In this document: piece after piece, positions 11,625 through 23,500 of the stretch
Position numbering within the stretch: the first letter of the stretch is position 1
Layout: each line of letters starts with the position of its first letter
Program-made: the position numbers and the translations under genes
The notes under the pieces: model-generated
Database searches by the model: none
What the model saw: the letters and a program-made list of their open reading frames with translations, nothing else
Told to the model about the DNA's origin: nothing
NCBI GenBank assembly: GCA_002269645.1
Contig: NIVC01001027.1
Span: 1 to 64,000 of the forward strand
Source: Macrostomum lignano
Lineage: Eukaryota
Direction: 5' to 3'
Length of the DNA: 64,000 nt

Positions 11625-13748
11625 GGTTTACCCCCGATTCGCCGAATCCCGATTCGCCGAATTCCCGATTCGCCGAATTCCTGCTCCGCCGAAATTCCTG
11701 ATTTGCCGAATTCCTGACCCGCCGAACCTTCCAGTTTCTAATTGTACGACGCCACAGGTGGAAGTGGATGCATGCCAGGTGGGCCGGGTTGTGATTGGCC
11801 AGCTCTGAAGGCTCTCCTGCCTAGCCCTGTCCGCACGCTCGTATATAAGGGCCAGATTTCCAGTTGAGGCAGTCACACTTATAAATACAACTCAACACGT
11901 GAGCCAGTGACCTCAAGACAACATAAGTTATGGCTCAGGCCGGACCCGCACCCGAAAGGGCCGAATTCGTAGTGAGCGAACGAGGAGGCCAGCTTCTGCT
12001 CCGCGATGGCTACCTGTATCGCGTGGACAAAAAGAGTCTGGTGGCTTCCTACTACAAGTGCCGAGAGGAACGCTGCAATTCTCGGGTCAAAGTTGAAGAC
12101 GGGTTTGTGACGTCGACGTCTGGAAGTCACGAACACCCGCCGCCATCGGCCGCCGCTCTCAAGCGCAAAGCTTTTGCCGAGACAATGAAGGCGCAGGCAC
12201 AAGAATCTGCCCTTCCAGTTGCACGGATCTACCGAGACCAGGTGGCGACAAATGCTGCCGAGGGTGCAGATCTCGCCACGGTGCCCACGTTCTCCAGCGT
12301 CAAGACGGCCGCATACCACGCTCGACTCGCGGTCGTTCCACCGTTGCCTCCGACAGCTCAGCACTACGAGGTCGAGGCGGAGGTGTTCAACACTGCCACC
12401 GTTTTGGACTCGCACGCATTGAATCGGGCGGGACCACGGGTCGTTGGATTCACGACGGACGCTCTGCTGGCAACTTGGTGAGTGCGAACGGTTGCAGATT
12501 GATGGTACTTTCAGCTGCTGCCCTGAGATCTTCTACCAGCTGCTTATCATTCACGGCAAGGTCCTCGGTGCGTGGGAGCCTCTTGTCTTCTTTCTGCTTC
12601 CCGCAAAGGATCAGAGAACGTATGAGACATGCTGGGATCTGATCCATGCTGAGGTTCGTCGAGTAACAGGTCATGACTGCATGGCAAGGACCATTCTGAC
12701 GGACTTCGAAACCGGAAGCATGAACGCAGCGACTGGTAGGTGGCCACACTATCCGCAACCTGCCTTGCGAGGCTGCTTTTTCCACTTCTGCCAGTGCATC
12801 CTACGCCGCGTTGCCTCCGCTGGATTGAAGGCAGCGTACGAAGGTGACCCCGAGGTGAGGTCAACCGTTCGGCGTCTGATGGCGCTGCCGTTGATGCCAC
12901 TGGCTGGAGTGGAAGATGCCTTCCAGTTCATCCTCGGAGACATGCCTGCCCAAGCCCATCTGAATCATGCTCAAGTGGTCGCATTGATGGACTATGTGAC
13001 TACTACTTGGATCGACGGGGCCGCACAGTTTCAACCGCCACTGTGGAACCACTACGGTGAAGATGACGACAGGACCATCAACGCCGCCGAGGGTCGTCAT
13101 CACGCCCTCAATCAAGTCGCGGGGAACCATCGTCTCAACGTTCATTCTTTTGTGCGCGAGGTTCTGAAGGAGCCCCGGAACTGCCAGACACGCATTCAGC
13201 AACGAGCCGCTGGCAATGTCACCAGTCGGCAAAGCTCTCGCGCGAAGAGGCTGGCAACAACAATTGCAAGACTCCGGGACGAGTTTCAAGCAGGCCAGAG
13301 AACACTGGAGCAGTTCCTTGACGCTTGTGGCTACCAGCTGCAGCTTTGAACATTTCTCTTACCGTGACATAATAAGTTTTTTGCCACAAGAGTTTATTAC
13401 ATATTTTCTATCTTTTTATCTGAACTTTCCACAGCTGTTGTCACCTACAGTAATAATAATAATACAAATAATACAATTTTAATACAATCCAAAATACAAA
13501 ATTACAATAATATAACTACAATATTAATTGTCTCCAAGTCTGATCCCCGGAAGCACTTGTTCAGCTGATGGTGCGCCTGTGTGTGTGCGTGTGTGAGTGG
13601 ACGGTCAATGGGGTAATCGGCAAATCAGGAATTTCGGCGAAGCAGGAATCGGCGAATCAGGAATTCCGCGAGTCAGGAATTCGGCGAATCGGGAATTCGG
13701 CGAATCAGGAATTCGGCGAATCGGGAATCGGCGAATCGGGGGTAAACC
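11625..13748 (+). mobile_element. Mutator-like DNA transposon, Phantom type (FLYWCH + MULE), with subrepeat-built TIRs
   Basis: TIRs GGTTTACCCCCGATTCGCCGA... (11625-~11710) and ...TCGGCGAATCGGGGGTAAACC (~13615-13748), built from ~15-bp GATTCGCCGAATTCC units, enclose the transposase. No TSD found. Confidence 0.9.
11930..13349 (+). CDS. MULE transposase (FLYWCH zinc finger + DDE domain), split by a +1 frameshift at ~12473
   Basis: ORF 11930-12481 has a FLYWCH pattern (GGQLLLRDGYLY...YYKC...C...H-E-H). ORF 12444-13349 has IDGTF, LTDFE and the C-x2-H motif GCFFHFCQ. Removing one base fuses them to ~472 aa. Confidence 0.85.
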
Positions 13749-14206
13749 CGAGAAACATAAGTACTCGTAAAAACATAAATGGCTGTCAAAATGCAAGTGA
13801 TAAAATTGAAGAGTGAGCTACCTACTCAAACAAGGGGTAGGAGTCGGAGTGCTCTGCAAAGGTATCATTCAAGCGAGCACTGAGTCAACCCTGCGGATTA
13901 AGGATTGATTGATTCCCGGTTAATTGAAAACCCTCAAAGTACAAGCACTATTACGACCTAATAATTCGACAGACTTAATTAATAAATCAATTTCTTATCC
14001 GTTGTCATTATTGTCTTAATCCGCTAGCAAAAAACTAAGGAAATAAAAATTGATTAAATCCGAGCTTTTTTCATCGACAATCATTTTAAATTAATATTTG
14101 CAGCAAATTATGAGTTTTAAGGAAATTAGGGATGCAGAAGAAAATTATAGGAATAATTCGCCAAGCGCAAAATGTGAAACAGTTTATGAACCGACTTTTC
14201 TAACTA

Positions 14207-14430
14207 GGGGGTTGCAGCCTAGCTAGTGATTAGAGCGTCGGCTCGCGACTGAAAGGTCGGGGGCTCGATTCAGTTCACACAGCTGTAAAATGGGTGCCAG
14301 CATTAGCTAGGGTGGTAATTGAGGCTGTGTGTGGCGACCCCCCAGTCCTTGGACTGAACAGCCTTAAGCAGCCTTCAGATGCGCTGCGCAATAGCTGCGG
14401 CTGAGCTGTCGGTTGCACATCTGGCCCAAT
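14207..14430 (+). mobile_element. SINE family A (tRNA head + CORE-like domain), internally deleted copy
   Basis: A/B-box-like head (TAGCTAGTGATTAGAGC..GGCTCGATTC), then CAGCTGTAAAATGGGTGCCAGCATTAGCT and the same 3' end as 16634-16924. Confidence 0.85.
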
Positions 14431-14807
14431 AGGGGAAGGTGTAAAATTTTATTATTAGTTTAGACAAAATCTGTTTAAACTTAAGATGTAGGTATAACCT
14501 TAATAATATGGGTTCATGGTAAACTTATAATTAGATAGATACGACTCTCTGAAATCCATTTATTCCATTTTGAAAATGTTAAATAGATTTGGTATTTTTT
14601 AAAACATCCAAGAATATTTGAAGAAATTTTCTGCGATTATTTGTTTAAAAATAGCTCAGATCTCTCTCCAAATGATCGGAAATGCATTCGGGCTATGCTT
14701 GAGAATTTAAGTCTAAAAACGAAGTTAAATAATCTGATATTCCATTCAATATTCAATTTCGGGAATTTAATTTTCGTAAACGTTCAGTCGTCATTTTTTA
14801 AAAACTT

Positions 14808-14945
14808 TGGGAATCCCCCTCCAAAAAGTTCAGGAATCTCTCTCCAAACAGTTAAGGAATCCCTCTCCAAAAAATGTAGGAATCCCTCTCCAAAAAATGT
14901 AGGAATCCCTCTCCAAACAGTTCAGGAATCCCTCTCCAAAAAGTT
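14808..14945. repeat. ~23-bp tandem repeat (AGGAATCCCTCTCCAAAAAATGT-like)
   Basis: About 6 copies. Confidence 0.85.
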
Positions 14946-14970
14946 TGGTAGTCCATTTCAAATCGCTAAC

Positions 14971-15261
14971 CTTGTCATCCATTACCAGCCTGCCAAGGTA
15001 CAACTGCAGTCCGGGGCACAGCCGACTCTTGTCCGCCTGCCGCTTAGGTCCGTAGGCGATATTCACAAACGTAGCACCTTTGAGCCGTTTGACGCACTGA
15101 AAGGCCACGTGGAACGGGTCCAAAAATCCAGGCTTGACGCCCCACCGTTCGGCGTAGGATTTGGCGTCAGTCGCAGCCGACATTGACACATTAGGAAATT
15201 GCCAGGCGCAGAAGGCCGATCCGGCCTTAGCGCAGTGCTCGGGCAGACTCTTGCCAGACAT
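14971..15261 (-). CDS. Candidate coding exon of an unknown small protein (MSGKSLPEHC...LVMDDK)
   Basis: GC-rich open frame of 97 codons from ATG 15261 to donor AAG|GTTAGC at 14971, followed by a minisatellite as in other introns here. Downstream exon not established. Confidence 0.4.
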
Positions 15262-15479
15262 TGCTCGTTCGGCTTGTTTCTTGTTTGTCTTTACTGCTCC
15301 CGCAAAACGAACAAAAAGCAAGAGCTTAGGACTGCTGCGACCTCGGGTTGCTCATTTTCTCCTCACTTAATAGAATAGGACAGAAGTGCTCTAATCATGC
15401 AGGGACTGGTCTACTGTCTATGGCCAAGGCATCGAGTTCATGGAAGCCTTGGAATTAATCCTATAAGTCGACCATAGTG

Positions 15480-15900
15480 GTAGTCTGAGGGGTAGAAAAG
15501 TGGGGTAGAGATTAAAGGGGTAACAGCCCGCAGGCGGCTGCTCAGAAAATCGATAAGCCTCGCACACAGGCGGCAATAAAATAACTAACTAGGAAAGTAG
15601 GGTGGGGCAGCTGGGGCTTGGGGCAGCTGGGGCTTGGGGCAGCTGGGGCTTGGTCGGTTTGCTCGTAAAAATCGATGAAAACGCTCACAGGCGGCAATCA
15701 ACTCCAGACTAACTATTACTACAGTAAACTCGCGGTTAATTTGGATTTGTGGGGTAGAAAAGTGGGGTGGGTGTTGGGGCTCGGGGCTTGGCCGATTTGC
15801 TTGTAAAAAATCGATAAAAACGCTCACAGGCGGCAATAGGAAAGTGGGATTAGGGAGTTAAAGTTTCACAGGCTGTACAGTTCAGATAATCGATAAAACT
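15480..15900. repeat. Degenerate ~130-bp tandem repeat with AAAATCGAT..CACAGGCGGCAAT cores and a (GGGGCAGCTGGGGCTT)3 insert
   Basis: Core motif recurs at ~15547, ~15667 and ~15807. Confidence 0.6.
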
Positions 15901-16633
15901 CCTCACCAACCTCACACAAGCAGACGCAGAAGTGCCCCCCATGGGCCAAAATGCCCCAAAGCCCGAGTCCAAGGTCGCCGCTTCATACGACCAAAATTTC
16001 ACAACGCCGAAACATGTTATAGCACAAGACCGAAATATTCATTTTACACTTAAAGATCGTATAGCGCATACGAAGTAAAACTAATCGGCATCGGCAACAA
16101 TTTTTATTTCGTTCTGCATTGTTGTTTTGATTATTGCTTGAATTTATTTTTGATCGCATCATACTACTTATTATTTGGTGTCGCATATATTCAACAAGTC
16201 AAAGTTTGAATAGGGCGCTCAGCTATATGTACGGTGCCAATGGGAAAATCGCCATACATTTACCCGGTAAGTCTTAAGTACGCTCACGACAGCAAATTGA
16301 GATCAAGCCATCAAGGGCTTCTCTTTTATTATAAGTGCACACTGTTGTGAATGTGCATGCTCAGTACTACTATGTAATGTACGCGCACTGATGTACATCT
16401 ACGCGCTTGTATCATCATAATATATATTGGCTAGCTCACTATATAACTGAGAGCTACCTCTCCTCCCCTTCGTCTCAAGTGAAGTGACTTTATTCATTTG
16501 GCCAGCGGCCACAACACACACCGGCACACGCTTGGGTCAAAATTGCTTATCTACTGGAAACGGTAAAGTTTTCGATCTTACGATTTTTCTATGCTCTGAC
16601 TTTTCGTTCTAGAAATATTTCGGTCTTGTAATA

Positions 16634-16924
16634 ATAATAGCAACAATAATAATGGGCAGATGTGCAACCGACAGCTCAGCCGCAGCTATTGCGCGGCGCA
16701 TCTGAAGGCTGCGTGCGGCTGTTCAGTCCAAGGACTGGGGGGTCGCCACACACCCTCAATCACCCCAGCTAATGCTGGCACCCATTTTACAGCTGTTTGA
16801 ACTGAAGCAATGCAAAGTTGGGTGTCTTGCTCAAGGACACAAATTGTTCCGAGTATAGATCGAGAATCGAACCCCCGACCTTTCCGTCGCGAGTCTGATG
16901 CTCCAATCGCTAAGGCTGCAGCCC
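16634..16924 (-). mobile_element. SINE family A, full-length copy with 15-bp TSD
   Basis: TSD TTCGGTCTTGTAATA at 16619-16633 and 16925-16939. tRNA-like head (GGTTCGATTC B box), CORE-like GTCCTTGAGCAAGACAC..CTGTAAAATGGG, and an (ATT)n-type tail. Confidence 0.92.
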
Positions 16925-17349
16925 TTCGGTCTTGTAATATCATCTATTGTTTACTATAGAATCTAGAAGAGATTTCCCGGAGATTGAAAAACATGTCTAA
17001 CTAAGCATCTCTCGTGTTTAAAGAGAGCACAATCAGTGGCATGGATGGGCTGTCTCTCTAGCTAAACGAAATCTCTCCACTTGTTATGAGAGCCAATCAG
17101 ACGCGAGAATTGACTGTACCGGGTTTGAAAACTGGAAAAGGGGGGAGATTGTGAAACAAGCTTTAAAAAAATTCAGGATTCTATTATGATCACTCCCATG
17201 AACAGGTCTTAATCCTCTCTCTCGAGCTGCAAAGTCTAGAAGAAGCGAGTTTGGGTAAAAAAAGTAAGTGCGAATGCCTATGTCTGACTTTTAATTATAA
17301 TTTATATACTTGTTACTACAGCATTTTAGAAAGCCAAAAAAGTATCTTA

Positions 17350-17545
17350 AAGAGCCAACAGTCCATAAACAATCCTAGAAACCTAGCAGTCCACGGACAA
17401 TCCTAGAAACCCAGCAGTCCATGAACAATCCTAGAAGAATAAGATAACATTCCACGGACAATCTTAGAAACCTAACAGTCCACGGACAATCCTAGAAACC
17501 TAACAGTCCATGAAAAATCCTAGAAACCTAGCAGTCCACAAACAA
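17350..17545. repeat. ~28-bp tandem repeat (CAATCCTAGAAACCTAGCAGTCCACGGA-like)
   Basis: About 6 copies immediately upstream of the first large C2-gene exon. Confidence 0.85.
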
Positions 17546-17562
17546 CTGACACCATCATCAGG

Positions 17563-20500
17563 ATGTTGTCATCAGGTGCGACGCCTCAAGAAGCCAGCCG
17601 ACCTCGTCGGGTGTCTATGCCAATGACAGCCGTCGGTATCAAGGAGGTGCCATTCGTGATCCCCAGACTGAGCCGCCACCTGACTGAGCGACACCGCATC
17701 GGACGAATCGATCCCAGCCTCTACCTAAACTTCGATGAAGACGAACTGTACGAAGTCACCGAAGATCACATTGGCCGATTGTGGTTCCGGGTTCGATTCT
17801 TAATGAAGGAAGCTAAGCTGGAAGTCGTGGTGTTGAAAGCTAGAAATTTATACAACAAAGCCAGACGGTTCTGCGATCAGGCCTGCTCGGTGAGCTTCGC
17901 CGTTGAGCTGCCGCCGCTGTGCAACCGGGTCAATCAGACCCGGCTGAGGAAGAACAACCGCAACCCGGATGTGAACGAGACGTTCTTGTTTGATGTGAGC
18001 GCCGCATTAATTTGAAACAACCCGAAACTGGTTCAGAAATGAGCAATCTTCTACCTGTCAAGTCATTGAGTCGGTCAAGTCAAGTTGAAAAAAAGTGTCA
18101 GTCAAGAGTCACTAAAGCGGCAGTAAACGTGTTATAAATGTGCCAGTAAGGTATCCACCCGTATGGGGGCCGTAGTCCAGTGGTCCAGCGCGGCGTTCTC
18201 ATGTGCCAGCGGCCCAGGCTCGATTCCAAGTGCAGACGAATTTTAATTGGCCTGCCAGTGCAACTAACGTCCTTAAGGCCAAACCCCAAGGCTTAGTGAA
18301 GTGTACATGCCTAGCGATAAATAAATTTAGGGCTGCTGTACACTCCTGTATGAGTGTGTGCCTGCGTATGACTGCGTACGTATCCGCGCGCTTGTGTGCC
18401 TGCTCAGGGGAGTCTGGGGAATGGGCAGTAATGCCTCTCGCCGGTTGTGTGACAATGTCGGTTAAACTGCGCCAGGGTGCACACAACCCCATTGCCCTTT
18501 TCATCTGTTTCCGTATGGATCTGTTGAAAGTACCATATAATTTACTTAAGAACTTTACTTTACAAAGAAGCGTCATTTAAGTAGCCGCAATATTATTCGA
18601 TTCTGAAGGCAAACAACATTTCTGTTGAAAATCAATTCAAAGGGAACTAACTAAGCTGCTGGTTTTTCCTCTCAAAAAATCGGGCGAAAAGGGGGCGGGA
18701 CAAGCGGCGGAGTAGTCACGATCCATCATCATCTCACGACTCAGTCTCGTGTGTCCAACCTGAGCCAACGGAGCCGACACTGAAACTTGACTTGCACGCA
18801 AGCTGCTTCTGCTGCTGCTGAAATACGAATCGGTTTGGCTGAAGGGTGCCTGGATTGACAAGTATAAGAAAGTCTTTCATTTTAATAAATCGGGATTGAC
18901 TTCGCTTAGTTCTGTAAATTAAGGTGAATTTTAATTGCCCGAAAAGTGTATTAGGTACGAGCAAGCCAAAATCTTAATCCCCATGCAGAAGCTTCGTCTT
19001 TAAAAATGGGTTCTCTCTGATTTTAAATCAAACTTAAACGTTCTCCCCTCTGCTCGATTCGGTGAGTTCGGCCACGTTAATTAAACTCTGAGCTTAAAGC
19101 TTGTCAGACACTTGTAGCTGATGCAGGCCAACCCCCCTAAGGCTCAGGGTTGCGTACACTGACTGACGATGCCGAGAAAGTCAGGGCCGCTGTGCACCCT
19201 GTGTGATCCTGTGCATGTCAAAGTATTTGTGCTGTGTGCTGCGTGCTCAAGGGGCGCATGACTGCTCGCCTCCTCTCTGGTTACTGTTTGACTGTTGCTA
19301 AAGAGCCGCCGACGGCACAACAGGTTGCTTGGACGGACCAATCAATCATTTATTTGAATCCTTCAATTACGGGTTCACCTAAACTAAAATTCTTTCATAC
19401 TAAAAACTGCAATACATTAGGATAAACAGACGCATGGTCGGATACGAGCATAAGAGAATTCTGTCTTGTCATTTTGGAAGATTTTGTACGTTTGAGCAAA
19501 TCAGAAGGGTTCCTTTCGGTTCGAAACTCAAGTGCGAATTTTAACATTCGGAGGCTTCATCGGTCATAACTTTATTAGACCTGCATTTTGTTTGGATAAA
19601 TTATATCGTAAATTTAAACTATGAGTTCTGAACCTCGGAATTAACAAAAATGGAGTTGCAAAAACAGGCCCAAAATTGTCGGACTCTCTCGAGCTTCCAG
19701 GTGCCACGACAAAAATTTTGAAGCGAACCAAAACCTTAGTTTCCCACGGCACCATGGTAAAATATGTTAATCCAATCCAATCCAATCCAATCCAATCCAA
19801 TCCAATCCAATCCAATCCAATCCAATCCAATCCAATCCAATCCAATCCAATCCAATCCAATCCAATCCAATCCAATCCAATCTAATCTAATCCAATCTGA
19901 TCCAATCTAATCCAATCCAATCTAATCCAATCCAATAATTCAATCCAACTTCAGATGGACCAGGCATTCCTAAAAAAGTGCAGCCTGCACTTTGTAGCCA
20001 AGGACACCCTGCCAGGCGGTCAGCAGAAGACCCTGGGCCATGCCGTGTTCTCAATGCGCGAGCTCGGACTCAGCAGAGCGGAGGCCGGGGTGCCGGTCAC
20101 CGTCTGGCGAGACCTGAGCCCCGCCCGGCGTCGGCTGGTCAGCGACTTCGCCGCGGCTACGCTGGTGAGCGTCGGACTGCTGCACCTGTCCTGCGCCTAC
20201 TATGAGCAGCTGGAGCGGCTGGTGATCACTCTGAATGAGACTAGGGCGATTAAGGACTGCCAGAACAGGGGTGAGCATTTTGAGCAGGGTTTGTTGATTA
20301 TATAAACGGGTAGGACAAACCTAAACCTAGGGATATGTAAACCTAGAACCCTAAGCTAGTTTCTCAACTCTAGCCCCTAAGCTTAACCTTAGTCGAATTC
20401 AAATCAAAACCCTAATCAAAACCCTAATCTAACACCTAATCGAAACCTTATCAAAACCCTAATCAAAGTTCTAACCAAAACTCTAATCAAAACCCTAATC

Positions 20501-23500
20501 AAAACCCTAATCTAACACCTAATCGAAACCTAATCAAAACCCTAATCAAAGTTCTAACCAAAACTCTAATCAAAACCCTAATCAAAACCCTAATCTAACA
20601 CCTAATCGAAACCTAATCAAAACCCTAATCAAAGTTCTAACCAAAACTCTAATCTAACCCCCTAATCAAAACCCTAATCCAAACCCTAATCAAAACCATA
20701 ATCAAAAGCCTAATCAAAACCCTAATCGAAACGCTAATCCGAAAGAACTTTAATAAAGCCCTCATTAACCCCAAACCTGACCTGAAGCTGAGTCCTAAGC
20801 GTTAAAAAAATTTAGACTTTTTAAATTCCCGTTTATCAATGATCTCATTGATAGATTTTCGTAATTAAAAATAAATGAATTATTAATTATTAAATGACCT
20901 AAAATGCAATTCACACCGGATGCACACACAATTCGCGAATGAATTTTCTGTATTAATTCATTCTCAACATTTTCCAACTATAAATTCATGCCTCAGGCAA
21001 TCCTCATATACAGAAAATTTTTTTTTGCGTTTGTATTCGAATATGTGACCTTACTTCTCTCATCCCGTTTCCCTGTCTCTGTCCACAATGATTGTTTTCT
21101 CTCCAACACCTGGCTCTCCGCTTTATAGATGGAGCTACAGTAAGAGCACCAGGTGCCAGACGCACGGGTATAATTAGATGGGCTGTTTTTCTTATCTTAA
21201 TTTTGCCCCCCTGACTAAAAATTAAGATGATTGTTGTTTTTGATCGAATTATTGAAAACTACTACTCGAATAGGTTAAATAACAGTTTTGCTAAAAGTCC
21301 AAAAACAAAAACAAAAAAGTTGTCACAAGGAGCAGAAACCAGCTGGCACTAGGAGCTAAATTCAGGTTGTCCCTGGTGTAGTAACTGAGACAGAGGCCGT
21401 GTTTGCTGTGTAGCCGAAACTCTTTCACTCTCGCCGCGCTGGGCACACATCTACATACGAGTATTTAGAGCTAGAATTGGGGTGGCGGCACCCACCCCGC
21501 TCTGCAGCCAATCAGACCGCCCGGGCGTACACGTTGGGCTAAGATACCGTGCGTACGCACACTACATCTCTCCTTCTTCGAATAGAAACTGCGAGAGAAA
21601 AAATCGATTTAAACTTAACTCGAAAATACAGAATTTGAAAGATTCACCGACGATGCGCATTGAAAACGGAGATTAAAATATTGAAGAAATAAAAGACTTG
21701 AATCGAATGCAACAGCGAAAATATTAGAAAAAATCTTTAGTCCGCGTATTTCAGAAAAGAGTTAGTTAATTTCAGTCACTGGATTCAAAATTCAGTCCTT
21801 GTAGATTTTCACGCCGCCCCGAGCAGCGCGGGGGTGAGGGCGCAGCGCCACCGGGGAGGCGGGTGGGCCTCGGGCCGCCTCACCTGGAGCTCTCGGTGCA
21901 GCGGTTTGCGGCTGGGCGACGGCGTCGGCCAAGTCGGGGCTGACGACCTTGACCGCCGTGCAGTGCCGCCAGCAGGTTATGCCATCCCGGCGTAGCAGCA
22001 GCGAGTTGCCGGCCACCCGCTGGACCGTCCAGGCACCGCTCTCGAACGGCGTCTGCGTCTTGCTGGCACCGACCCGCCGTCGTAGCACCGAGTCGCAAAC
22101 CTGGACGTCGTGCCGTTGTGGTCGCCTTTTTGCGTCCACGTGCTGCTTCATCGCCGCCTTGGCGCCGGCGTCCACGTCTCTCAGCCGCTGCTCGTTGATG
22201 CGGACTCGCTGGGACGGCCGGGCGGCGGAAATGACGTCGTTTGGCCGCCGGCCCATCGGCAGCTCGCTGGTGCGCGCCCGGTGGCCGTGTGCGGCGAGTT
22301 CCTGTAGGCCAGCAGCCACTCGTCCAGAGCAGCCCTCCCGTCCCGCCGCTCCTCGATGGCTGCTCGTACGACTTTGTTGATGGAGCGGTTTAGCCGCTCT
22401 GTCATGCCGTTGGCCGCTGGGTAGTAGGGCGTGATGAGGCGGTGCTTGATCCCGTAGCTCGCCAGGAACCGGCCGAACTCCTTGGACGAGAAGGGCGGTC
22501 CATTGTCCGTCACGAGCTCCTGCGGGATCCCGAAGCGAGCGAACATCTCTCGCAGGCGGGGAATCAGTGCCTCAGCCGTCGTCGTCTGCATGAGCTGCAC
22601 CTCCGGGAACCTCGAGTAGCGGTCCACGCACACCAGCAGCATGTTGTTGTTGATGGGTCCCACGAAATCGGCGCCGATCGACAGCCAGGCGCCCGCGGGG
22701 ATCGGCGTCGACTGCAGAGGCGTGGCCCGGACGGCTGGCGTGTGCGACGTGACGGCGCAGCTGCGGCATCGACTGACGAATTCCTCCGCTTGAGTTGCCA
22801 TCCTCGGCCACCAGACCTTCATGGCGAGCCTCGCGATCGTCTTCTGCGAGCACTGTTGTCCTTGATGCGCCAGTTCGAGCATCTGCTGCCGCAGCTTCGC
22901 TGGCACGACGATTTGCTGGTGCCGAAGGAGGACCCCGTCCACCGCAGACAGCTCTCGCAGCGCATGGAGCGAACGTATCTCGGCGTTGGAGCGATCCCAC
23001 CGGCCGCCTTGCGTCGCCGCTATCGCCGCCCGGATGACTGGGTCGCTGGCAGAGCTCTTGCGGATGTCCTCGAGCGTCAGCGCCATCGGCACAGCCGCCT
23101 GCGCCACCTCGTTGATGTAGGCCTCCCTCCGCTGTTCGCCAAAACTTCCGCCGTGTGCGCTTAGGGGTTGCCTGCTGAGTACGTCTGCAGCATTGGAGGC
23201 TCCCGGCTGGTACTCGACCTTTTTTTTTAGAGGCAGGGGGGTTGTGTGCACCCTGGCGCACTTTAGGCGACATAGGCACACAACCGGCGAGAGGCATTGC
23301 TGCCCATTCCGCCGACTCCCCTGAGCAGGCATACAAGCACGCGGATACGTACGCAGGCACACACTCACACAGGAGTGTACAGCGGCCCTAACTTTATCAA
23401 TTGTTAGGCATGTACACTTCACTGCGCCTGGGGGGTTGGCTCTCAAGGCCGTTAATTGCACAAGCGAGCCAAGCCGAGATTCCAATTCAGCCCCAAATTA

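Noticed and set aside
12478-12497. GTGAGT...CAG mini-intron explaining the MULE frameshift
   Set aside because: Only 20 nt, it would delete conserved residues before IDG, and splicing creates TGA. No slippery heptamer for programmed frameshifting was seen either.
14207-14270. tRNA genes at SINE heads (also 16860-16924, 18165-18230, 23510-23576, 63290-63355)
   Set aside because: They have A/B-box-like motifs but no complete cloverleaf and run directly into shared SINE bodies.
18637-18964. GC-richer stretch with short ORFs in the C2-gene intron
   Set aside because: The neighbouring exons already join in frame, and no convincing splice pair or motif was found.
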